Counted from the first letter of the stretch, positions 44,595 to 55,317 are shown. The stretch: DNA of 59,759 bases from Treponema sp. UBA1798 (GCA_002319875.1 DCFS01000200.1:1-59759), one strand, 5' to 3'. Numbers and translations: made by a program. Notes: a model not told the origin generated them from the letters alone.

Positions 44595-45873
44595 ATACGT
44601 CTATTTTTCTGATATGAGCGCCCAGCTGTTGCAGTCTTTCTACAAGGTGTTCATAGCCGCGTTCAATCTGGTACACATTGCTTATCGTACTTTCACCATG
44701 GGCAATCATTGCTGCTATTACCATAGCCATACCTGCACGCACGTCCGGCGAAACAAGATTATCTCCGTGAAGTATGCATGGGCCTGAAACTACAGCTCTG
44801 TGCGGATCACAGAGCGTAATTCTAGCCCCCATGCTTATCAATTTATCAACAAAAAACATGCGGGACTCAAACATCTTTTCAAAAATAAGAACCGTTCCAT
44901 CGACCTGAGTTGAAACAACGGTCATGATACTGGTCAAATCCGGCGGGAATCCAGGCCACGGAGCATCATCGATTTTGGGAATCATGCTGCCGAGATCTGT
45001 ATTTACCCGTAATTCCTGATTCAGGGGAACGGTAAGATTATTTTGATCAATATCCCATCTGATGCCAAGTTTCCCGAAAGCTATGCGCATCGGGCGCATA
45101 TCCGGCGGATTGATACCTGTTATAGTGATAGAACCTCTGGTAGCGGCTGCCAGCCCGATAAAGGAGCCTATTTCCATGTAGTCAGGTCCGATTCCGTATT
45201 CACAGCCATGCAGTTTTTTTACACCGGTTATATATAGAATATTACTGCCTGTACCGCTGATTATCGCACCCATGCAGTTAAGCATCCTGCACAGATCCTG
45301 TATATGAGGTTCACTTGCTGCATTGGTAATCGTTGTCTGTCCTTCTGCAAGTACCGCTGCCATTATCGCGTTTTCCGTAGCGGTTACAGACATTTCATCA
45401 AGAAAAATATCAGCGCCGGCAAGTTTTCCTGCCGTGAACGTGAAATTTCCATCTATATCTATGTGTACCCCGAGTTCCGTCAGAGCGAGAAAATGAGTAT
45501 CTATTCTGCGGCGGCCGATAACGTCGCCTCCGGGCGGGGGCATGATTGCCTTTCCCGTACGGGCAACAAGAGGACCCGCGAAAAGTATGGATGCCCGTAT
45601 TTTTTTCGACAGTTCCGCGGGAATGGAACTGGTTGAAATATCATGTGTATTGATTTTCCATGAATGCACACCTGCCGGTTCTACAGATGCTCCGAGCGCT
45701 TTTAGGACAGACAGCATGACACAGGTGTCTTCTATATCGGGAATATTATGCAGTATTACCGCTTCTTCCGTCAACAGAGATGCTGCAATACATGGCAGTG
45801 CAGCATTTTTATTACCATTTGCCTGTATCGTTCCTTTTACAGGGAATCCCCCTTCTACATGATACTGGTGCAT
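44593..45873 (-). CDS. murA: UDP-N-acetylglucosamine 1-carboxyvinyltransferase
   Basis: GNKNAALP, RASIL, PGGDVIGRR, SVTATEN, WPGFPPDL, PDVRAG, IERGYE. Confidence 0.97.
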   Translation of the reverse strand: MHQYHVEGGFPVKGTIQANGNKNAALPCIAASLLTEEAVILHNIPDIEDTCVMLSVLKALGASVEPAGVHSWKINTHDISTSSIPAELSKKIRASILFAGPLVARTGKAIMPPPGGDVIGRRRIDTHFLALTELGVHIDIDGNFTFTAGKLAGADIFLDEMSVTATENAIMAAVLAEGQTTITNAASEPHIQDLCRMLNCMGAIISGTGSNILYITGVKKLHGCEYGIGPDYMEIGSFIGLAAATRGSITITGINPPDMRPMRIAFGKLGIRWDIDQNNLTVPLNQELRVNTDLGSMIPKIDDAPWPGFPPDLTSIMTVVSTQVDGTVLIFEKMFESRMFFVDKLISMGARITLCDPHRAVVSGPCILHGDNLVSPDVRAGMAMVIAAMIAHGESTISNVYQIERGYEHLVERLQQLGAHIRKIDV

Positions 45874-45875
45874 AC

Positions 45876-47168
45876 TTATTTTCCTGCTGTCTGATCGTTT
45901 TTTTTCATTTCAAGGATAACGGCAAGCTGAATTATTACCTCAGCTGCTGCAGTCATTTGCGAAAGCGAAGCCCACTCCGTATGTGAATGGTAATTGTGAC
46001 CCCCGGTAAATATGTTCGGAGTTGGAATTCCCATTTCGGTAAGACGTGAACCGTCGGTACCTCCGCGGATAGGTGTACAAACCGGTTCAAGCCCGGCTTT
46101 GTTATATGCGGAAACGAGATCCTGCACAACTTCAGGATGTTCGTCCATTTTCTGTTTCATATTCAGGTATTGCTGCGTGTGTACTACCAGCACCGTACCT
46201 CCGAAAGAATTCGCGACGGTTTCAGCTATCTGCCTGACAAGTTCCTGCCGTTTTTTCATTCCTCTTGCAGTAAAATCCCGGAGAAGCAGCGTAACCGTTG
46301 AAGTTTCCACAGAACCGGATATAGTCATCGGCGCGTAAAAACCCTGATATCCGTCGGTTGTTTCCGGAGCTTCATGGCGCGGAAGATTTGCAATAAATGT
46401 CCCTGCCATGGTAACGGCGTTGATCATACCGCCAGCTCGTGCCGTTCCCGTGTGAGTTGATTTGCCGGTAAAAGTGATATTGGTTTTGAATGCGTTAAAG
46501 CATTCAGTTTCCAGTTCTCCGATATGGCCGCCGTCTACGGTATAGCAGCGTTTTGATGAAATCAATTCGAGCGGAACTTTGTCCATCCCGTGGCCTGTCT
46601 CTTCATCCGGAGAAAACAGAACTTCAATTTTACCGTGTTTTAGTTCAGCGTGATTTTGCAGATAGTGGACAGCCGTCATTATCGCAGCTATGCCGGCTTT
46701 GTCATCCGCCCCCAGCAGGGTTGTCCCGTCTGAAGTAATTACCGTATCATGTTCCTGCCCTGCCTGAGCAAGTGCTGGTTCTTTTACCGGATCAAGGTAA
46801 AATCCGTCTTTCAGACTGATTTTTTGTCCGTTATAATTTTTTATAACATCAGGCTTTACGTCTTTCCCACAGACTTCTTCAATTGTATCCATATGAGCCA
46901 TCATACACAACGGCTCTGCATGTTCACAGCCGGAAGAAGCCGGCAGGAAACCGTATACATAAAAATGTTCCGTTATCTGTATACCGGAAAGTTTCATGAA
47001 TTTCAGTTCGTCAGCAAGTATACCTGCAAAAACCGATTGCTGCGCGGTTGACGGAATTAGACCTTTATCAGCATTGCTGCTGTCACTGGTCGAATATATT
47101 TTCACATATTTTAGAAAACGCTCGAGAAGCTGTTGTACTTCTCCGGAATTATTGGTCAGATATTTCAT
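45876..47168 (-). CDS. pepT: Peptidase T (M20B)
   Basis: AHMDT, TLLGADDKAG, PDEETG, IRGGTDG, GGHNYHS. Confidence 0.95.
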   Translation of the reverse strand: MKYLTNNSGEVQQLLERFLKYVKIYSTSDSSNADKGLIPSTAQQSVFAGILADELKFMKLSGIQITEHFYVYGFLPASSGCEHAEPLCMMAHMDTIEEVCGKDVKPDVIKNYNGQKISLKDGFYLDPVKEPALAQAGQEHDTVITSDGTTLLGADDKAGIAAIMTAVHYLQNHAELKHGKIEVLFSPDEETGHGMDKVPLELISSKRCYTVDGGHIGELETECFNAFKTNITFTGKSTHTGTARAGGMINAVTMAGTFIANLPRHEAPETTDGYQGFYAPMTISGSVETSTVTLLLRDFTARGMKKRQELVRQIAETVANSFGGTVLVVHTQQYLNMKQKMDEHPEVVQDLVSAYNKAGLEPVCTPIRGGTDGSRLTEMGIPTPNIFTGGHNYHSHTEWASLSQMTAAAEVIIQLAVILEMKKNDQTAGK

Positions 47169-47254
47169 GATTCCATCACAATAAGCTATTTTCAGAAAAA
47201 CAGCAACAGTCTCGGCGTCTGGTGAAATCAGGCATAAAGTGTTATACTTACACT

Positions 47255-48562
47255 ATGCGTTTTACGAGTACACGGAATAAAAATTTAAATGTCGGTTTTG
47301 AGCAGGTTATCCGTAACTGTCTGCCCTCTGATGGAGGACTGTATATTCCTGCCGAAATTGGAGATCTCCGCCGATGGATTCTGTATACTGATGAGACTAC
47401 AACGTATTCTTCAGTAGCCGGGGCGTTGACCCTTGCCTGTATTAATGAAGAATTCAGCCCTATTATTTGTGAAACGATTGCAGCTCATGCCTTTCCTTAT
47501 GCACCGGTTTTGCGTCAGCTTGACAGAAACCTTTTTATGCTTGAACTTTTCCACGGTCCTACAGGATGCGAGCGAGATTTTGGTGTAGATTATCTTGTAG
47601 AGAGCCTCGAGACAATACTGCAGCTTAAAGACAGTTCTGCTATTTTTATTGACGTAACGAAAGGCACTCTGGGTGCTGTTCTTGCCCGTGCGCTTAAAGG
47701 GAAAAAATACATTAAATCCGTGGTACTGTTTCCCAGGGGGCAGGTATGCGGTCTGTCTGAAGCAGATTATGCCTGGAATGGCGGAAATATTTACCCTGTG
47801 GAAATCGATGGTACGGAGGCTGACTGCCGGGAACTGGTACGGAAAATTTTTGCAGATAGAAGTGTTGTTGAAAATTACAGGCTGACAGTTGCCAATACTG
47901 CCAATATCGGGCGGTTATTGCCTCAGGCGTTTTTTTATCCGTTCGCTTTTTCACGATTGAAAAAACAGGTAACAGGAGATATTTACTATGCAGTGGCTCC
48001 CGGAAACTTCAGCAATGTTGTTGCAGGCTTATACAGCTGGCGGCTTGCAATGCCTGTTTCCGGTTTTATTGTTCCTGCAACGGATTCCCTCACGGTAGAC
48101 ACTCTGGGTAACTGTGCTGTCCTTGATTCTGTCGTTCCCCTGAACGAACGTGAACCTTGTGATCCTTCTGATCCTTCAAATATTGAACGTCTTGAAGAAG
48201 TTTTTTCTGCAAATCCTGGAATGATGCGGAATCTTGTGTATCCTGCAAAGGTAACGGAAGCAGAAACCATTGCATCAGTAAAAGAGCTTTTTATGAAATA
48301 TAAGGTTTCGGTAGACAGAGATACAGCGATGGCCTATTGTGCGGCTCGAAAACATGCGCAGCTTGTAGAACAGGATGGAGGCGCTCTCGTTGTCCTTGCA
48401 AAAAATCATCCTTCATTTTCCTCTGAATATATATGCCATTGTCTTGGTGAATGTCCTGATATGCCGGAGAATGTAGCGGGAAGCATAAAGCCGGTTATTC
48501 TTGGAAGACCTCTAATGCGGACATCCGGCGAAATAATGAAGGTTCTTGAATCCCTTGTCTGA
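47255..48562 (+). CDS. Threonine synthase-like protein lacking the PLP lysine
   Basis: MRFTSTR, DGGLYIP, LELFHGPTGCERDFG, NIGRLLPQ, PGNFSN; ATG 47255 is 6 nt after TGtTATACT. Confidence 0.85.
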   Translation: MRFTSTRNKNLNVGFEQVIRNCLPSDGGLYIPAEIGDLRRWILYTDETTTYSSVAGALTLACINEEFSPIICETIAAHAFPYAPVLRQLDRNLFMLELFHGPTGCERDFGVDYLVESLETILQLKDSSAIFIDVTKGTLGAVLARALKGKKYIKSVVLFPRGQVCGLSEADYAWNGGNIYPVEIDGTEADCRELVRKIFADRSVVENYRLTVANTANIGRLLPQAFFYPFAFSRLKKQVTGDIYYAVAPGNFSNVVAGLYSWRLAMPVSGFIVPATDSLTVDTLGNCAVLDSVVPLNEREPCDPSDPSNIERLEEVFSANPGMMRNLVYPAKVTEAETIASVKELFMKYKVSVDRDTAMAYCAARKHAQLVEQDGGALVVLAKNHPSFSSEYICHCLGECPDMPENVAGSIKPVILGRPLMRTSGEIMKVLESLV

Positions 48563-48673
48563 TTTCGGGAAACATTGATTTGATGAGGTATTCTCTTGAG
48601 AATAATCAGATTAAGTCATGGTGATTTTATCGGCGTTTCCTTAAAATACAAATTCTTCCCCAAATACCTCAAA

Positions 48674-51600
48674 TCATAATGGCTTTCCGGTGTTCTTTTT
48701 CCCTTGTCCGCGCTTTTTGGCCGGGGTAAAAGACGCAACCAAAAGATCGCAGTTGTATCCGGCTTTTTCTTTTGCAGTTGTCAGTTCCCGGTACTTTTGC
48801 AGAATTTTTCCCCGCCGTTCAGGTGATGCCCTCAGTAATCTGATTGCTGTAAGATATGCAAGGCTGCTGTCAGACAGTTCTTTGTTAAACCAACGGACGT
48901 CAGCGAACGTATTTGTTCCGCACAGGAGTGCTGTCTTTTGACCTTGAAAAAGTTCTTTTACAATATCGTACAATGATCTTCCTGATACCATAGCAAGCGT
49001 AAAAAGACGTACAAACGCAGGGGGCATATCCGGGAAAGCAATGCCACCTGTTTGAAATACTGTAGTGAATTTTCTTTCAAGCGACCATCTTAAAGCAAAC
49101 CCCCTGTCTGCAAACACATTAACAGCTGCATAACAGATCATCATGCTGTAAACCGGAATTCCCGCAGCATCGGTTTTGTTGAAAAAAGCTGCCATATCAC
49201 CGAGCGCGCCTGATTTCCCTGTAAATGCATAATTTCCCTTTATTCTGGCCAGCTTCCTGAAAGCCCTGCAGAATTTTGCAAAACAGGATTCTGCCGTTAT
49301 TTTTTTGAGCCCCGCATATACTATTGCTGTTTTATAGAAGGCGATAGCTTCCGGTTCGGTTTCCCTGAGAAACTTTCTGACAGATGTAACGGAAACGCGC
49401 TGCTGCAGAAGCAACAGCTGTACCTGTGCAACAAAACGGTTAGAAACAAACTTAAGGAAAACATCGTATAGTTCTTTGTAGCGGATTTCATCCCATGCAA
49501 TTTCAAGATCCTCTGTTCCTCTTCCCGCAAGGGTAGTACACAGAATACGGTATTTACCTTCTGGCGTATCCGGTATCTGGCGAAAGTTCATCAGGACCTG
49601 GTATTCGAAGCCATTCAGGCAGACGAACATACCGTTTGTACAAAGTTCACTGCATGACCGTATATACCATAATCCGTTGTGATGTTCCCGGAATATGCAG
49701 TATCTGTCGGATTCCGCTGTTAATCCGAGACCTTCTGAAATACTGCATGTACGCATTTCCATGTCTTTTTCACCGGTTCCGACTTTTACCGCATACGGAA
49801 CGGATTGTTTTATCCAGCCGCATGAGCGTTCATACCTGTTATTGTAAAAAACTACTGCATATTCTTCACCGGTACTGTTAGAGTAGGCGAAAATATTTTC
49901 TTCTATTTTTCCGTCGCTCCAGACATCATAAAAAAGGAAGTTCTCTACCCCTGCAAACAGATAACGCTTTTTCATGAGGGGGAAAATATCCTGCCAGTGG
50001 CGTTTTATCAATTCATTGTCTGCAGTTTCATTCCGGTATGCTTTTGTATATTCCATACCGTATTTTTCTTCAAAACCTTCGATCTGTCCGTGCCCGAACA
50101 TCGGTAAACCGGGCATGGTTACCATAAGGGTACATACGCCGAAATATTTACCTTCTTTCCCGAACTGTGCGACCGCTGTTTCTTCATCGGGATTGTTCAT
50201 GAAATTTACAAAACGTTTAAGGACCTGCGGATCAAACGCCAGCGTATTTTTAATCGTGTCACGGTATTTTTTATTATCTTCCTGCTTCAGCATATTCATA
50301 AATGCGCTGTTGTAGACACGGTGCATGCCGAGCGTTCTGACAAAATAACCTTCCATCATCCAGAACGCTTCTGCCAGAAGCAGCGTATCGGGTACTTCTT
50401 TTGCTATACGATCGACAACTTCCCGCCAGAATTCAACGGGAATAGCCTGATCGAATTGTTCTGAAGAAAGGCCTGTTTCACCTCGTGTCGCTATATCTCC
50501 TCCGTGGCCTGGTTCAGGATACCAGAGCCTTCTGATATGTTTCTTTGCAAGAACCATAGCAGCATCGAATCGTATGACGGGGAAATTTTTTGCAACGTGC
50601 AGGATTTCCTGAATTACAGCTTCCCTTGCTTCCGGATTCAGAAAATCGATTTGCGCAGTATCATTCCAGGGCAGACCGGTTCCGTCGTTTCCATGGTATA
50701 TATAGCGTACATCGCCAGTCGCTTTATCAACCCTTTTGAAAACGACAGCGCAGTCATTTTTGCTGTAATAGTGATCTTCAAGGTATATACCGGTACGGGA
50801 GTCCTGTGAAAGATTTTCACCGTTAAATGTATACTGAGGGAAAGGGCAATCTTTCCGCTGGATGAAGAGATCAGGCTTTTCCATCACCCAGCGGGAGTCT
50901 ATACCGGTATGATTTGGTACCATATCGGAAGCCAGCCGTATACCCCTCTGCCACAATCTGCGCCGCAGGTTGTCGAGCGCAGTCCAGCCGCCAAGACTGT
51001 CCGCGATCTCGTAATCATAAAGGCTGTACGCACTTGCTGCCGCCTCAGGATTTCCGCACAACTGTTTGATACGCCTGCTGGCATAACTGCGTTCCCACAG
51101 TCCGATCAGCCAGAGTGCAGTAAAACCCTCTTTTGCCAGTGTATCAAGCTCTTCATCAGGTATCTGGTCGAGATGCTGTATGGAGCGCTTGTATTTTTTT
51201 GACAGCTGGTCTAACCATACGAGAACAGTTTTTGCCAGAAGAACAACTTTTGGCATCCAGTCTCTGTCGGGGCTGAACCTTTCATATTCATGCTGCAGAC
51301 TGTCGTAATTATACGGACTCATTTCAGGTCCTTTCGAAGGTGCAGGACTCCATGCTGCTTTTTCTTCTTCAGAAATTGTATCCATTCCGGACAGAAGCCG
51401 TTTCTGCCAGGCTGCAGGTATCATTTTCCAGTGGATATATATATAATCAAGCTGTCCTTTCAGGCTTTCCGGACTGAAGACAACCGGTTCCCTCAGTAGC
51501 GTTATCAGTTCGTGACTGAAAGGTCCGAATGCAGGACATGTCTTAAAATAAGACTGTAACGCTTTCCAGCTTTCCGTATAGAAAGGATTTTCCCGTAGTC

Positions 51601-52141
51601 TGCTGTCATTGAATAATTCGGAGAACGGTTTGAAAGCCGGATTTTCATTTGCCAGATGCAGTAGAATCATTTCTTCAAGCGTCGATTCCCTGTTGCTTCT
51701 GATTGAACCGTTTGCGGGATCTATACCGCTTTGAGCCAGATACTGCTGTGTGGTTAAGGCCCCTTCATAGACGGCTGCCGGAGGGAATTCGTTGTTGAAC
51801 TGATTGAGAAGCTCTTCTGTTTTTTCATTGCCGAAAAACCGGTCGAGGGTTGCCAGCGCGTTTGACATTGAAAGAGGGGCTGCTTCTTTGCGGTATGTCA
51901 TACAGACATAGTGAAAGATCTCATCGATAAGCCCCATTGCATTCAGCTGCCCGGCAGATATCCGCTTTTCGCTCTGTCCGCGTTTATCAAACAGTGTGTT
52001 GAATTTTTCGGCGAACTGACGGACCTGTTGCATATCCGAAAACAGAACATTGCCGGTGGATGAAAATAACGTACCGCTGAACCCGCATATGTCGCGGATT
52101 TCCCGACGCAGATGAAATTCGTTGCAGGAGATATTCATCAT
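48674..52141 (-). CDS. Large GH13 alpha-amylase-family protein
   Basis: DMVPNH, WNDTAQIDF, IRFDAAM, LAEAFW, FMNNPDEE, TMPGLPM. Confidence 0.9.
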   Translation of the reverse strand: MMNISCNEFHLRREIRDICGFSGTLFSSTGNVLFSDMQQVRQFAEKFNTLFDKRGQSEKRISAGQLNAMGLIDEIFHYVCMTYRKEAAPLSMSNALATLDRFFGNEKTEELLNQFNNEFPPAAVYEGALTTQQYLAQSGIDPANGSIRSNRESTLEEMILLHLANENPAFKPFSELFNDSRLRENPFYTESWKALQSYFKTCPAFGPFSHELITLLREPVVFSPESLKGQLDYIYIHWKMIPAAWQKRLLSGMDTISEEEKAAWSPAPSKGPEMSPYNYDSLQHEYERFSPDRDWMPKVVLLAKTVLVWLDQLSKKYKRSIQHLDQIPDEELDTLAKEGFTALWLIGLWERSYASRRIKQLCGNPEAAASAYSLYDYEIADSLGGWTALDNLRRRLWQRGIRLASDMVPNHTGIDSRWVMEKPDLFIQRKDCPFPQYTFNGENLSQDSRTGIYLEDHYYSKNDCAVVFKRVDKATGDVRYIYHGNDGTGLPWNDTAQIDFLNPEAREAVIQEILHVAKNFPVIRFDAAMVLAKKHIRRLWYPEPGHGGDIATRGETGLSSEQFDQAIPVEFWREVVDRIAKEVPDTLLLAEAFWMMEGYFVRTLGMHRVYNSAFMNMLKQEDNKKYRDTIKNTLAFDPQVLKRFVNFMNNPDEETAVAQFGKEGKYFGVCTLMVTMPGLPMFGHGQIEGFEEKYGMEYTKAYRNETADNELIKRHWQDIFPLMKKRYLFAGVENFLFYDVWSDGKIEENIFAYSNSTGEEYAVVFYNNRYERSCGWIKQSVPYAVKVGTGEKDMEMRTCSISEGLGLTAESDRYCIFREHHNGLWYIRSCSELCTNGMFVCLNGFEYQVLMNFRQIPDTPEGKYRILCTTLAGRGTEDLEIAWDEIRYKELYDVFLKFVSNRFVAQVQLLLLQQRVSVTSVRKFLRETEPEAIAFYKTAIVYAGLKKITAESCFAKFCRAFRKLARIKGNYAFTGKSGALGDMAAFFNKTDAAGIPVYSMMICYAAVNVFADRGFALRWSLERKFTTVFQTGGIAFPDMPPAFVRLFTLAMVSGRSLYDIVKELFQGQKTALLCGTNTFADVRWFNKELSDSSLAYLTAIRLLRASPERRGKILQKYRELTTAKEKAGYNCDLLVASFTPAKKRGQGKKNTGKPL

Positions 52142-54207
52142 TTTTTACTCCATCCTGTATGCCTGTCAGCAATTTTTTTTATTTTTTTTACAAGAATAGT
52201 GTCATTGCACAGTTGTTCCATTTTTACCGGCATCCGGTATGTCCAGTTGAAATCAGACACTGTTCCGGGAATATTGATGCGTTCCCGGTCTGCGGTATCG
52301 TGCCAGTATTTTTTCTGCAGGTAAAGAAAATCCTGAAGAGGATGAATGCACCAGATGCTTGCTGAATCCGCGACAGCAGAAAGTACCGCTTCCGCGACAG
52401 CCGGCGTAAAGTTATCCGCCGGCACACCGGGATCTGTTCCGGAATCGAATACTGCCGGGAAACAGGCTTTAAACCGGCTTACTGCTTCTTTTTCCTCATC
52501 CCACCACTGGCGGAGCGTCGAAGAGTCATGGACGGATGTCGTCGTTACGGAAAGCGGCGTATATTCTTTAAAAGGTATATACGGTTGCCCTCTTTCCTCC
52601 CATTTACGACTCCACCGTACAACACGCAGCGCAAGGATTCCCGTTCTGTCCAGAACTTCAGGTACACAGGCCAGACCTACCCCGAGATCTTCTCCGCAGG
52701 GAATCATTGGTGTGGCCCCGGTAAGCGATGACAGGATATCAAACCCCTGTTTTTCCCAGATTTGGTCCTGCTTCTGTTCCGATTTTTCAATAAGTCCTTT
52801 CAGCAGCGCCTGCTCTCTGTTGTCAAGTGATTTCCATGAAACGGAATCCGTGTACAGCCATGCCGGAATAAAACTGTCATTTTTTATTTCAATCAGGCAT
52901 CTGTTCCGCCAGTATTCTGACAGTTTCTGCCTTATCCGTACGGCCGCTTCTTCACTACAGACATTCGCGAAATCTGCAGCGGCTATAGTTTTTTCTCCTG
53001 TTATTGTCCTTTTAAAATTCCACAGGTCTTCACTTCCAATTCTTTCTGCAATACGGGAAAGGCATTCACAGGCTGTTTCTTTATTCCATGTAATATCTTC
53101 TATTGCGGCAGTAGGAATATGAGGTTCAGAAAGCCAGTGTATTCTGTCGTCATCGAATCCTGCTGTATGAAGTTCTGTACGTGTCAGCGGTACATTCGGT
53201 TCCGTGTGTCCGAGCATTGCAGTTTTTTCCGTTTCAGGAATTGCCCAGATACGGAAAAAACCCAGAATATGATCCAGCCTGTATGCTCCGTAAAACCGGG
53301 ATGCTGAAGCAAGCCGCAGTTTCCACCACTGATAATTGTTTTTTTTCAGCGCTTCCCAGTTATAAATGGGGAAACCCCAGTTTTGTCCTTCGGGATTCTG
53401 ATCATCCGGAGGAGACCCGGCACGAAGATGCTGGTTGAATATATCCGGGGAAACCCATGCATCGCAGGAATCTTCATTCATCAGAATCGGAATATCACCC
53501 TTCAGTATAATACCTGCGTTTCTGACTGCATCTGCCGCTTTTTTGAATTGTATATATGCCTGTAACTGTACCCATGCGTAAAACAGGAGATCCTTTTTCA
53601 GTACAGGATCGTCCCACCGGCTGCGGATCGCAGCTTCCGTTATATCACAGTCTTCTGCAGGCCAGTCTTTCCATGAAGACTGCATGTATTTCCATTTCAG
53701 TTGTTTGAATACTGCATAAAAAGTAATCCATCCGTTGTCCTGTATCCATGCCGTCAGGTCCGCCGGAGGAACACTGTTTTCTGCCGCTTCCGTTGAGCGA
53801 AACAGCATCTGCAGGAGAGCTGTTTTTTCATTCAGAATTCCCTGATAGCAGTACCGCTGCGAGTAAGGAAAACTGCGGATAAAACTGTCATACCGCTGTG
53901 CGAACTTTACATCTTTATTATAAAGTGAACTGAAGCCTGCGATATTTTTCAGGGAAATATAGATCGGATGAAGTGCAAACGCTGAAAGGCCGCTATACGG
54001 TGAGGTCTGTGTTCCCGTATCGTTGACAGGAAGCAGTTGTATGATTCCAAGTCCTGCGGATTTGCAAAACGGTATCAGAGACGTAAGTGAAGGATATTCA
54101 CCTATAACGGGACTTTCTTCTGTAAAAAGCGCTCCGAGCGGAATTGAAAAACCCGTCAGGCGCGACAGCGGAAATAATATTTTTTTTGTATCCGTATCAT
54201 GCATCAT
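52138..54207 (-). CDS. malQ: 4-alpha-glucanotransferase (GH77)
   Basis: QLLPVND, SPYSGLSAFAL, GQNWGFP, RLDHILGFFR, GEDLG, VHDSST, INIPG...NWTYR. Confidence 0.94.
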   Translation of the reverse strand: MMHDTDTKKILFPLSRLTGFSIPLGALFTEESPVIGEYPSLTSLIPFCKSAGLGIIQLLPVNDTGTQTSPYSGLSAFALHPIYISLKNIAGFSSLYNKDVKFAQRYDSFIRSFPYSQRYCYQGILNEKTALLQMLFRSTEAAENSVPPADLTAWIQDNGWITFYAVFKQLKWKYMQSSWKDWPAEDCDITEAAIRSRWDDPVLKKDLLFYAWVQLQAYIQFKKAADAVRNAGIILKGDIPILMNEDSCDAWVSPDIFNQHLRAGSPPDDQNPEGQNWGFPIYNWEALKKNNYQWWKLRLASASRFYGAYRLDHILGFFRIWAIPETEKTAMLGHTEPNVPLTRTELHTAGFDDDRIHWLSEPHIPTAAIEDITWNKETACECLSRIAERIGSEDLWNFKRTITGEKTIAAADFANVCSEEAAVRIRQKLSEYWRNRCLIEIKNDSFIPAWLYTDSVSWKSLDNREQALLKGLIEKSEQKQDQIWEKQGFDILSSLTGATPMIPCGEDLGVGLACVPEVLDRTGILALRVVRWSRKWEERGQPYIPFKEYTPLSVTTTSVHDSSTLRQWWDEEKEAVSRFKACFPAVFDSGTDPGVPADNFTPAVAEAVLSAVADSASIWCIHPLQDFLYLQKKYWHDTADRERINIPGTVSDFNWTYRMPVKMEQLCNDTILVKKIKKIADRHTGWSKK

Positions 54208-54270
54208 GCTTCTTTCAGTATAGCATGTTTTGTTCCGGTTGTGGGATAATAAATGACCGCCGGACGCCGG

Positions 54271-55317
54271 TTATTGGCCGGTATATGACACATCGACCGT
54301 ATCATGAAGACTGCCGGCGTTCCAGTGCCAGAAAGGCTTTGCAAGCACATTTGAAAAAGGCTGGATTCTGTTAAAATCGGGAAGCCAGTCCGTATCGGAT
54401 GAGAGCTCCTGATAAAACAGATAATCGAAATCATATGCATCTATGAGATCCCGCAGGTCCCCGTCTTCCGTGGTATTGACGAGCCTGTTTTCTATTGATC
54501 GTAAAGCTTCCATCCGATGGTTGAGTTCCGTTTGACTGCCCTTGAACGGTACCGGAGTATACTGCGACATAAGCGAAATGCAGGCTTTGCCATCAGCATG
54601 CTTTTTCAGCCAGTCGAGCGTATCTGCGGTTTCTTCGAATCTTCCCGGCAAAAAAAGGTGGCGTATGATTGTGCCGCTCATCATTTTTTCCTTTACTATA
54701 CCGTTTACCGTTTTTGTCTGGATATCAAGAGGGGACGTTTCCATCATCCATGTAACAGCTTTTATTGCGGTTTCCGGATAGTCTTCTGCTGCAAATAATT
54801 GTTTTGAAAGGAGCGGGCTGAGCGTTTTTAAATCCGGTAGCCATATCTGTACAAGCCCTTCGAGGAGTTTTAGTGTTTCAACAGACTCATACCCTGAAGA
54901 ATTCCAGCAAACGGGAATAGTCAATCCGTTTGCCCTGGCATCGTTGAGAAAATCTGCAAGCCGGGGAATGCAGTGACTGCCTGTAACGATATTGATGTTT
55001 TCCGCTCCTGCATTCTGCAGCTGCAGGCACATACCGGTAAAATCGCCTGCGGTAACAGTTTTTCCCATCCCCTGCTGGGATATCTGATAATTCTGACAGA
55101 AAGCACAGCGGAGTGTACATCCGGTCAGGAAAACAGCGCCACTGCCTCCGTGTACCGTAATAAGCGGTTCTTCACCGAAATGCAGACAGGCACATGCGAT
55201 CCGTATATCTTCCGTTTCACCGCAGAATCCTGTTTGTCCGTTTTTTCTGTCGGTGCCGCATTTCCGCGGGCACTGTACGCAGTGTCCGTACAGAGATTCC
55301 GTATCAATTTTTTTCAC
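54271..55317 (-). CDS. Radical SAM protein (PflX-like)
   Basis: CPRKCG..R, HFGEEP, GCTLRCAFCQN, RHLFLPG, MSQYTP. Confidence 0.9.
   Translation of the reverse strand: MKKIDTESLYGHCVQCPRKCGTDRKNGQTGFCGETEDIRIACACLHFGEEPLITVHGGSGAVFLTGCTLRCAFCQNYQISQQGMGKTVTAGDFTGMCLQLQNAGAENINIVTGSHCIPRLADFLNDARANGLTIPVCWNSSGYESVETLKLLEGLVQIWLPDLKTLSPLLSKQLFAAEDYPETAIKAVTWMMETSPLDIQTKTVNGIVKEKMMSGTIIRHLFLPGRFEETADTLDWLKKHADGKACISLMSQYTPVPFKGSQTELNHRMEALRSIENRLVNTTEDGDLRDLIDAYDFDYLFYQELSSDTDWLPDFNRIQPFSNVLAKPFWHWNAGSLHDTVDVSYTGQ

Noticed and set aside
52346-53122. 258-aa antisense ORF in malQ, 233-aa antisense ORF in rpoC (3725-4426) and many similar shadows
   Set aside because: They lie opposite well-conserved genes, lack motifs and start signals, and are typical codon-bias shadows.
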